Of a DNA stretch of 64,000 bases, positions 35,040 through 43,800 are shown one piece after another; the stretch's first letter is position 1, and the number at the start of each line of letters is the position of its first letter. A program made the translations under genes and the position numbers. Below the pieces are notes generated by a model. That model was not told the DNA's origin. It did not search any database and was given only the letters and a program-made list of their open reading frames with translations. Source of the DNA: Candidatus Bathyarchaeota archaeon (GTDB lineage Archaea; Thermoproteota; Bathyarchaeia; Bathyarchaeales; Bathyarchaeaceae); the NCBI GenBank assembly GCA_030608565.1, contig JAUWDY010000005.1, positions 5,359 through 69,358 of the forward strand, in the 5' to 3' direction.

Positions 35040-36749
35040 ATGCGCTGTCAACGATTTCTACTGACTCTGCTGCTTCTAACGTTGTTCTCAGCAACGCTCA
35101 TAGCATGGCTTATTGTTCCAGCTGCAGCAGACACCCTCCAAGTGCCGCATGAATACCCAACTATACAAGCCGCTGTGAACGCAGCTGGAACTGGAGACAT
35201 AATAGAAGTTGATGCTGGAACGTACCTTGAAAACGTCGTAGTAAACAAAACAGTAACCATAAAGGGCGACAGCGCCACGAGTACTGTCGTTGATGGCGGC
35301 GGCAACGATGTAGTCTTCAACATACAGGAAGATAATGTGGAATTATGTGATTTGACAATTCGTAACGGGGGAAGCTACAGCGGCGTCACCATTTACTATC
35401 CTTTCAACGGTTTGACAATCTGCAATACCCGAATTATAGATAATGTTGTTGGCGTCGTCGTATCCGAGGCAGACGGCAATGTAATCGAAGACAATGTTTT
35501 CATCAACAATCAGATGTATGGCATCGATGTGACATATTCAATCAACACCATTATTAGAGATAACCAGATATCAGAAAGTGCTTATGGCATTGAAATTTCT
35601 GACACTTCAGGCAGTCAAGTTGTCAACAACACCATTTCTGATACTTCATATGGCGTATATGTGCCCTTCTCAAACAACAATAACATAAACACAAACACAC
35701 TCGCCAGCAATTCTTGGAACATCTACCTCACATACTCAAACAGTAACATCATAGAATACAACAATGTGTCAGGAGGCACAGTAGGCATCCAAGTCATGTA
35801 CTCAGAAGGCAACTCAGTCTTGAACAACACTGTAAGCAGCAGCTCTTACGGCATCTATCTAGGATATTGTGGTGCCAACACTGTCATCGGCAACACAGCA
35901 TCACTGAACGATTGGAGCATCGAACTCTACAGTTCCGCCGGAAGCACAATCATTGAAAACCTCATAAACGATAACACTTGGGGCGCCTGGGTAGCAGAAA
36001 ACTCTGATGGAAACAGTATCTACCACAACAACTTCATCAACAACGCGAAAGGAGCCTTCCAAGACCTGACCAGCTCAAACACTTGGAACACTCCCACAGC
36101 ACCTTACCAAGGAAACTACTGGGACGACTACAAAGGCACAGACACTGACGGCGACGGCACAGGCGACACCTACCTGCCCTGGGAAGGCGTAGACTGGCAC
36201 CCTTTAATGAAGCCTCTTGGAGTCTACCGTGACGTTGCTGTAATAAGTGTCACACCCTCCGACACTCAAGCATACGTTGGAGAAATGGTTAATATCACAG
36301 TCGTTGCAGAAAACCAGGGAACATCGGCAGAAACCTTCAATGTCACCGCAAAGTACGAAAACGTTACCCTCGGAATCTTTGGAACCATTGGAACACAGGA
36401 AGTTACAAACTTGGATCCTGAGCAAGACATTACTTTAACATTCATCTGGAATACCACAGACGTACAACCATGCGTTCACTATACAATCAAAGCTGAAGCA
36501 AGCCTTGTTCCTGATGAATTCGACACGTCGGATAACACTTACACCGACGGCACAGTGAAAATCAAAATGGAGGGAGACGTAAACGGCGACGGTTCCGTAG
36601 ATGTTATGGATCTATCTATAGTTTCTTTGGCTTACGGAAGCTTCGAGGGAGAACCAGACTATAATCCAGATGCGGACTTGAACAAAGACGGAGTCGTGGA
36701 CATGCGCGACCTAGCAACAGTAGCTATGAACCTAGGAAACACGTGCTAG
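35040..36749 (+). CDS. Secreted NosD-like parallel beta-helix protein + CARDB-like domain + C-terminal dockerin
   Basis: It has a signal peptide. Then come VPHEYPTIQAAVNAAGTGDIIEVDAGTYLENV and >10 PbH1 repeats, followed by GNYWDDYKGTDTDGDGTGDTYLPW. A CARDB-like module follows (RDVAVISVTPSDTQAYVGEMVNITVVAENQG). The dockerin is GDVNGDGSVDVMDL...DADLNKDGVVDMRDL (nt 36567-36746). Confidence 0.8.
   Translation: MRCQRFLLTLLLLTLFSATLIAWLIVPAAADTLQVPHEYPTIQAAVNAAGTGDIIEVDAGTYLENVVVNKTVTIKGDSATSTVVDGGGNDVVFNIQEDNVELCDLTIRNGGSYSGVTIYYPFNGLTICNTRIIDNVVGVVVSEADGNVIEDNVFINNQMYGIDVTYSINTIIRDNQISESAYGIEISDTSGSQVVNNTISDTSYGVYVPFSNNNNINTNTLASNSWNIYLTYSNSNIIEYNNVSGGTVGIQVMYSEGNSVLNNTVSSSSYGIYLGYCGANTVIGNTASLNDWSIELYSSAGSTIIENLINDNTWGAWVAENSDGNSIYHNNFINNAKGAFQDLTSSNTWNTPTAPYQGNYWDDYKGTDTDGDGTGDTYLPWEGVDWHPLMKPLGVYRDVAVISVTPSDTQAYVGEMVNITVVAENQGTSAETFNVTAKYENVTLGIFGTIGTQEVTNLDPEQDITLTFIWNTTDVQPCVHYTIKAEASLVPDEFDTSDNTYTDGTVKIKMEGDVNGDGSVDVMDLSIVSLAYGSFEGEPDYNPDADLNKDGVVDMRDLATVAMNLGNTC
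36649..36746 (+). repeat. ~98-nt near-identical dockerin 3' cassette, copy 1 (partner 40662..40759)
   Basis: The string gagaaccagactataatc[c/t]agatgcggacttgaacaa[a/g]gacggagtcgtggacatgcgcgacctagcaa... was read in both genes. Confidence 0.8.
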
Positions 36750-36764
36750 TTGCATTCGCGCCTT

Positions 36765-37898
36765 CTATTTTCTCGAGGATTTGTATCTCCAAAAACCAAA
36801 TACGATAATGATTATGGCTCCTGCACCGAATCCAACAACAGGAATCCACCATAAAGGCACGTTAGCTTCAGAAGGTTCTTGCTCATAGACACTCATAAGC
36901 GGATGGTAATCTATGCCTTGCCATGGCAGGTAGGTGTCACCTATTCCGTCGCCGTCAGTGTCTTCACCAACATAGTCACTCCAGTAATTGCCCTCCTGAG
37001 CCGCGTTGTGCCAACTATTCTGTGAAATCTCTATGTACACTTGATCTTTGTTATTGATGAAGTTATTATGATAAAAGGTGTTCCCGCTGGAATTTTGAAT
37101 TGACAAGCCATATGTGCAGTTGAGCAGTGTGTTTTCATAGAAAGTGTTGTTGTGAGAGCTTTCGAGGTAAATGGCTCGCCAGTTGATTGAGAGTAACCGG
37201 TTTTTTCGGATGATATTGTTGTGAGACATGCGTATATCCATTCCCTCATCATTTCCTAAGATAGTTACGTTTTCTATGACGGAATGTGTTGTGGAGACTA
37301 GCAATATGCCTTGTTCATTACTGGTTAAATTCATGTTCTTTGCCATTATGTTCGTGGAATTAATCAACGCCACGTATCCTGCGTCATCTGGCACTTGTTT
37401 TTCATGCTGATTCACCCAGAAATACATGGGTTTTCCATCAACTATGTTAGAAGAATCTATGTCGTGGACGAAATGCGAAATGGAATCGCCCCACACCGCA
37501 AAATTCCACTTGTTGCCTGACATTTCATTGTTTTCAAGCAAGACATTTTGGGAATACCATAAAACTATTCCATATGTACCGTTCTGTACGCTGAAACCTC
37601 TGATTTCCACGTTGTCAGCTTCTACGCGGATAACAGTTCTGGTCTTGGCAACAACAGTCTTATCGGGTCCTTCACCAATAAGCTTGAGCGACTTTTTTAT
37701 TATCAGGTTTTCAAAGTATGTTCCAGCTGCCACTTGTATGATGTCGCCCGGACCCGCATTGTCTATTGCCTGCTGAATTTGCACGTAGTCTTCGGGAACT
37801 CTAATTACATTTGGTTCTGCTGCCAAAGAAGACGTACCTGCAAGCCAAACAACTAGTAGGATACTTGCTGTCAACGCCATGAAGCAGTTAGGTTTCAA
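36765..37898 (-). CDS. Secreted NosD-like parallel beta-helix protein with a C-terminal TM anchor
   Basis: It has a signal peptide. Motifs seen: VPEDYVQIQQAIDNAGPGDIIQVAAGTYFENL, PbH1 repeats, and GNYWSDYVGEDTDGDGIGDTYLPW. The tail is PLWWIPVVGFGAGAIIIIVFGFWRYKSSRK. Confidence 0.75.
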   Translation of the reverse strand: MKPNCFMALTASILLVVWLAGTSSLAAEPNVIRVPEDYVQIQQAIDNAGPGDIIQVAAGTYFENLIIKKSLKLIGEGPDKTVVAKTRTVIRVEADNVEIRGFSVQNGTYGIVLWYSQNVLLENNEMSGNKWNFAVWGDSISHFVHDIDSSNIVDGKPMYFWVNQHEKQVPDDAGYVALINSTNIMAKNMNLTSNEQGILLVSTTHSVIENVTILGNDEGMDIRMSHNNIIRKNRLLSINWRAIYLESSHNNTFYENTLLNCTYGLSIQNSSGNTFYHNNFINNKDQVYIEISQNSWHNAAQEGNYWSDYVGEDTDGDGIGDTYLPWQGIDYHPLMSVYEQEPSEANVPLWWIPVVGFGAGAIIIIVFGFWRYKSSRK

Positions 37899-38086
37899 TT
37901 TTTTCCGCCCTCTGATACTGCAGAGTATTTAGCTTTCTTAAAGATGCTTCCACTTTAGGATAGAAAAGCTATTTGCTTTGCACAAATGTAAACTCCGCGA
38001 TTATTCGCGTTTGGTTTCATAGAAGATTGTTCTAACAAGATTTATACTCTTGAATTCTTCATGCATTAGATGATAAGTGGTTTAAT

Positions 38087-40765
38087 TTGAAGATGAAACG
38101 TGTTGCTCAAACCGTTTATTTTATGACTATGATTCTAATTTTGTCAGCGCCGGCGATTCTATTTTCTTGTGCTGACGAAACGCGCAGTGTTAATGTGGTT
38201 AGCCTCCAAAACGCCGAATCTTCAGGAGATTTTGTTGAGCCTGTTATTTATCACGTATACTCTATAGATCGAGATTTCAACAACATTCAGGATCGTCTCG
38301 AAAGCTTGATTTTGCAAACGTTGCAGGTCAACGAGAGCGCGGTTTTACCTGTTGTAGTTACTCTGTATGGTTCTGTTTCGTCTCAAGACTTGGAATATTT
38401 CAGAGAGCTAGGTGGGAATATACAGCATGTCTACGATCATGTGACATATGGTTTTGCAGGAGAAATTCCTGCGTCTAAGATATCATTGTTTGCAAGTCTG
38501 GAAAGAGAGAAACTTTCTATGATTGAATATGACTTGCCTCTTCGCTATCATTTGGACGTCAGTACTCCTCTCATTCGGGCAAGGCCTACTGTGTGGAACA
38601 CGTATGGCTACATGGGATCTCCAAACCAATCTATCGCCATCCTTGACACAGGCATTGATGACTCCCATCTCGACCTTGGGCCATATCAAAACCTAAATTT
38701 TTCAAGCAAGATGGTGGGCTGGTATGATGCAACCTCTGATAATTCGTTGACGCCGGAAGACTATGGAGAACATGGAACCCACGTTGCAGGCATAGCAGCT
38801 GGAACGGGAACGACAAACAATCTGCAAGGATCGGGTAATATACAAACCACATTCACGTATGTTTTGCCCCCGGTTGGATATGGCTACATGGACATTATTG
38901 ATGTAATGAACCCAGGAGTTATCGAATTAAATGTTAGGTGGGATGGAACCAACGACGTGTTGCTAAGGTTGTATGATCCTTCTGGAGAATGGGTTACACA
39001 AACTAGTGGAAAAAGCCAGCCGTTAATCTTAACTTACAACACGACTGACACGCCTTATCCGACAGGACGTTACGAAGTTCTTGTGGGCAACTTGGCGGGT
39101 CCATCGGGCACTCCGTTTTCATGCATAGAAACCTATCCTTATGAAGGACGTAGCGACGGCTATAACCTCTTCAGCGGAGTTGCACCCAACTCCAAGCTTG
39201 TGGGTGTTAAAGTGTTTGATAACACAGGTTCTGGAACATTTGCAACTCTTTTGGATGCAATGGATTGGATAATTGAAAATCGCCAAACTTATCACATAGT
39301 TGTTGCCAGCATGAGCTTATCACTAGAAGATGGCGCAACTGATACCACGCTTGACCTGAAAGCAGACACTATGGTGCAGAATGGAATTGTAACTGTAGTT
39401 TCAGCGGGCAACGATTATCCAGATTATACTGTAGGCTCGCCTGGAACTGCTGCTTATGTCATAACAGTTGCGGCTACTAATGATCTAAACGGCGTTACCT
39501 CGTATAGTAGTAATGGAGACCAAGCAAAAAATGAGTATGGATTAGTTAAGCCTGATGTTGCTGCTCCGGGTGGAACTTTTGATCCAGCCTATGGAAATCG
39601 TATTATTTCAGCTGATAGTAATGATGTAGACGGCGCGTACAGTGGTTTTTCGGATCAGAATGTAGATGATTATCAACAGATGGGGGGCACATCTATGTCT
39701 GCACCTCATGTTGCTGGGTTGGCTGCCTTGGTTGTTCAAGCCTTGGGCAGTTGGAACTGGACTTTTGAAGAGGCGTTGAAGGTGAAAATGTTGATTGGTA
39801 TGACTGCTTCTGAAACGCAGAAAGGAGAGGGTTCAAACGTGCCTCTGTTAAATCGTGGAGAAAAGGATAGCAAGGAAGGGTATGGGCGGGTTAACGCGGA
39901 TGCTGTTATAGAAGCTGCAACTATGAACTATAGCGTAGGGGAGGAAGTTAATGGCACGTTTGGTTCTGGATCTTCAGATAAGAAAGTTTGGGCTCGACAA
40001 GTTCATTTAACAACAGGCTCCAAATATGTGTTCAATTTGACTGTTCCAGTTGACGCAGATTATGACCTTTTTGTATATAATGGTACGGCAGACAGTTACG
40101 GGCAACCAGTTATCTTGACCAAAAGTGTTAATGCTTCTTTGGGTGCAGACGAGATTATGCAGTTTGCTCCTAACGCTTCAGGCACCTATTATATAGTGGC
40201 TAAGTGGGTGAGCGGTGAAGGTACATTCACCTTGTCCAGTGCCACATCTATTTTGCGTGATGTAGCTGTGACCGATGTAACGGTGTCGGATACGGCGGTG
40301 TATGTCGGGGAAACCGTGAACATTACCGTGGCTGTACAGAATTATGGAGGTGTCCCTGAAAGTTTTGATGTAACGGTTTTTTACAATAGTACTGTTATTG
40401 AAGTGAGAAATGTAAGTGATCTTGCGGTTGGAGCATCTGAAGTTTTAACCTTTAGCTGGGGCACTTCTGGAGTGCAGCCTTGTACCAAAAACTACACAAT
40501 AAAAGCTGAAGCTAGTGTCGTGTCTGACGAGTCTAATATATCTAATAATGTCCTGATCGACGGAGATGTTAAAGTTAAGATGCAAGGAGATGTGAACGGT
40601 GATGGCATTGTGAACGTTTTAGATTTGTCTGTTGTTTCTATGTCCTATGGGAGTTTTGAAGGAGAACCAGACTATAATCTAGATGCGGACTTGAACAAGG
40701 ACGGAGTCGTGGACATGCGCGACCTAGCAAAAGTGGCCATGAACCTTGGAAACACTTGCTCATGA
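38087..40765 (+). CDS. Secreted subtilisin-family (S8) serine protease with an inserted beta-sandwich, PPC-like domain, CARDB-like domain and C-terminal dockerin
   Basis: The catalytic triad contexts are AILDTGIDDSH (Asp), GEHGTHVAGIAAG (His) and GGTSMSAPHVAGLAA (Ser). A ~100-aa insert follows the His. A DYDLFVYNG-type pre-peptidase C-terminal-like domain is present, then a CARDB-like RDVAVTDVTVSD...NITVAVQNYG. The dockerin is GDVNGDGIVNVLDL...DADLNKDGVVDMRDL (nt 40580-40762). Confidence 0.9.
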   Translation: MKMKRVAQTVYFMTMILILSAPAILFSCADETRSVNVVSLQNAESSGDFVEPVIYHVYSIDRDFNNIQDRLESLILQTLQVNESAVLPVVVTLYGSVSSQDLEYFRELGGNIQHVYDHVTYGFAGEIPASKISLFASLEREKLSMIEYDLPLRYHLDVSTPLIRARPTVWNTYGYMGSPNQSIAILDTGIDDSHLDLGPYQNLNFSSKMVGWYDATSDNSLTPEDYGEHGTHVAGIAAGTGTTNNLQGSGNIQTTFTYVLPPVGYGYMDIIDVMNPGVIELNVRWDGTNDVLLRLYDPSGEWVTQTSGKSQPLILTYNTTDTPYPTGRYEVLVGNLAGPSGTPFSCIETYPYEGRSDGYNLFSGVAPNSKLVGVKVFDNTGSGTFATLLDAMDWIIENRQTYHIVVASMSLSLEDGATDTTLDLKADTMVQNGIVTVVSAGNDYPDYTVGSPGTAAYVITVAATNDLNGVTSYSSNGDQAKNEYGLVKPDVAAPGGTFDPAYGNRIISADSNDVDGAYSGFSDQNVDDYQQMGGTSMSAPHVAGLAALVVQALGSWNWTFEEALKVKMLIGMTASETQKGEGSNVPLLNRGEKDSKEGYGRVNADAVIEAATMNYSVGEEVNGTFGSGSSDKKVWARQVHLTTGSKYVFNLTVPVDADYDLFVYNGTADSYGQPVILTKSVNASLGADEIMQFAPNASGTYYIVAKWVSGEGTFTLSSATSILRDVAVTDVTVSDTAVYVGETVNITVAVQNYGGVPESFDVTVFYNSTVIEVRNVSDLAVGASEVLTFSWGTSGVQPCTKNYTIKAEASVVSDESNISNNVLIDGDVKVKMQGDVNGDGIVNVLDLSVVSMSYGSFEGEPDYNLDADLNKDGVVDMRDLAKVAMNLGNTCS
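40662..40759 (+). repeat. ~98-nt near-identical dockerin 3' cassette, copy 2 (partner 36649..36746)
   Basis: See copy 1. Confidence 0.8.
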
Positions 40766-40818
40766 TTTTATTTAATGGTTGTATAGAATATTTTTCGAGC
40801 TAGTTAGTTGTTTGCTGC

Positions 40819-43800
40819 TTATAGGTTATCCAAAACATGTTGAGCATCTGTGAGGAGGATGTCTGCGGCTTCAATGGTTATATGCTTGCCAGATTGGGCT
40901 TTTAGCTGATTAATGAATGCTTTGAGCATTTTCTTTGCCACTTCGGGTTTTCCTTGTTCAATCTTCTTTTGGGCAGCGTACAGCTTGTCTATTAGACCTG
41001 ACGCAACGTCCTCTTCATCAATATAGCCTAAGTCATAGAACTTTTCTACAAGGCCGATCAAGCTGTCGATTGTCGCTATTACGTTGAATTCGACTGTTTC
41101 AGTGGCGGAGTTTCCAGCGTTATCTACAGCAGTAACGGTCAATGTGTGTAGTCCCAAGCTGAAGGTGAAAAGCTCAATTAAGTCACCGTTCTCAACAGTT
41201 ATTCCGTCTAACGTTGCGGAGATTGATGCTACTCCAGATTCTGTGTCAACAGCGTTGAAATCAAGAGTTATACTCTCTGAATGTAGGTAATCTCCGGCTA
41301 CTGGTTCGTTGATTGTGATTGTTGGTGGTGTCACATCTACTCCTGAAATCTCGGTGAAAACAGCCGTTAACGAGTGATCGTCATTCATGGTAACTGTGTA
41401 GGGGTCGGCTGAACCAACATCAACACCATCTAGAAGCCAGTGGTCCAGCAGCCAACCACCATCAGGAATAGCATCAACAGGAACCCCTAAACCCTCATCA
41501 TACAGGTGAACGCCAGGAGCAGGAACAGTAGTACCAGAACCAACAACGCTGATGGTCAAAGTATATTGGGTTGGAGGAATCTCAGTAAAGACGGCAGTTA
41601 ACGTGTGATCGTCATTCATAGTGACCGTGTAGGGATCAGCGGAACCGACGTCAACACCATCAAGAAGCCAGTGATTCAGCATCCAACCACTATCGGGAAT
41701 AGCGTCGACGGGAACCCCTGAGCCCTCATCATGTTGGTAGGTGCCAGGGGTGGGAACAGTAGTACCCGAACCAACAACACTAATGGTTAGAGTGTACTGG
41801 GTTGGAGGAAGCTCACCAAAGACAGCTGTCAACGTATGATCAGTATTCATGGTAACCGTATAGGGATCAACCGAGCCAACATCAACACCATCGAGCAACC
41901 AGTGATCTAGCATCCAGCCACTGTCGGGAATTGCATCGACTGGAACTTCTGAGCCTTCATCATAGAGGTAAGTGCCGGGAGAAGGCTCGGTAGTACCTGC
42001 CCCAACAACATCGATAGTCAATTCATACTGAGTTGGAGGAAGTTCGACGAAAACAGCGGTTAGGGTGTGATTGGCATCCATGGTAACCGTGTAAGGGTCA
42101 GCAGAACCAACATCAACACCATCCAGAAGCCAATGACTCAACTCCCAACCACTATCAGGAATAGCGTCAACTGGAACCTCCGAGCCCTCATCATAGAGGT
42201 GAACGCCAGGAGCAGGAACAGTAGTACCAGAACCCACAACGTCGATAGTTAAGGTATATTGTGTCGGCGGAGGCGTGGAGAAGTATCCGCCTGTCGTGTC
42301 GTGAGATATCGGATCTCCACTAGAATCTAGGAGAATGGAATCGTATAAGGGTAGGTCGGATTCTCCGGTGTCTAATACGTTGAAGGTTACGGTGAAAAGG
42401 TTTCCGCTACCGCTCACTCCAGGATACTTGCCTAAGGTGACACAGGCAACATAAGCATAATCGTCGTCGATGATGTATGTGAAGTATGTTCCCACAGGGG
42501 ACGTAGTTTGATCTTTTATGAAAGGGCCTTCTTCGACATCAAATGGTCCCAGAACAGTCTTGTTGAAGCCCAGTTTAACCTCATACGCGAAGAGATCCTC
42601 AACGTTTTGGATATTTATGTTGAGGGTGAAGGAATCACCAGGACCAGCACTGACCACAGAAGGATCAACATACATCAGAACCGCTGAAACCTCAGTAAAG
42701 ACAGCGGTTAACGAGTGATCGTCATCCATAGTAACCGTGTAAGGATCCGCTGAACCAACATCAACACCATCAAGCAACCAGTAATCCAACATGTAACCAC
42801 TGTCGGGAATAGCATCAACAGGAACCCCTAAACCCTCATCATGCAGGTAGCTGCCGGGAGAAGGATCAGTAGTGCCTGACCCGGTAACACTGATAGTTAG
42901 AGTGTACTGAGTTGGAGGAATCTCAACAAAATAGGCAGTTAAAGCATGATCAGCATTCATAGTAACCGTATAAGGATCACCAGAACCAACATCAACGCCA
43001 TCCAGAAGCCAATGACTCAACTCCCAACCACTATCGGGAATAGCATCAACAGGAACCCCTAAACCCTCATCATACAGATGGGTGCCAGGAGCAGGATCGG
43101 TGGTTCCGGAGCCAACAACCCCAATAGTTAGTTCATACTGGGTTGGAGGAATCTCAGTAAACACTGCAGTCAAAGTGTGATTGTCATCCATGGTGACTGT
43201 ATAGGGATCAGCGGAACCAACATTAACACCATCCAGAAGCCAATGGTTCAACTCCCAACCACTATCAGGAATAGTGGCAACAGGAACCTCCGAGCCTGCA
43301 TCATACTGGTGGGTGCCAAGAGAAGGATTAGTAGTGCCTGATCCAACAACCTCAATCGTCAAAGTATACTCAGTTGGCATCTCAACGAAGACAGCTGTTA
43401 AAGTGCGATTATCATTCATGATGACCGTGTATGGGTCAGCAGAACCAACATCAACACCGTCAAGAAGCCAATGACTCAACTCCCAACCACTATCAGGAAT
43501 GGAGGCAACCTCAACTTCTGTCCCTGCGTCAAAGGTGTAAGTGTCTGGGGATGGAACAGTGGTTCCAGAGCCGACAACGCTGAGGGTTAGAGTGTATTGG
43601 ATTGGAGGAATCACAACAAAATAGGCGGTTAACGTGTGATCAGCATTCATGGTAACCGTGTACGGATCAGCAGAACCAACATTGACGCCATCAAGCAACC
43701 AGTAATCCAACATGTAACCACTATCAGGAATGGCATCAACAGGAACCAGCGTACCCTCATCATACAGGTGAACGCCAGGAGCAGGAACAGTAGTACCAGA

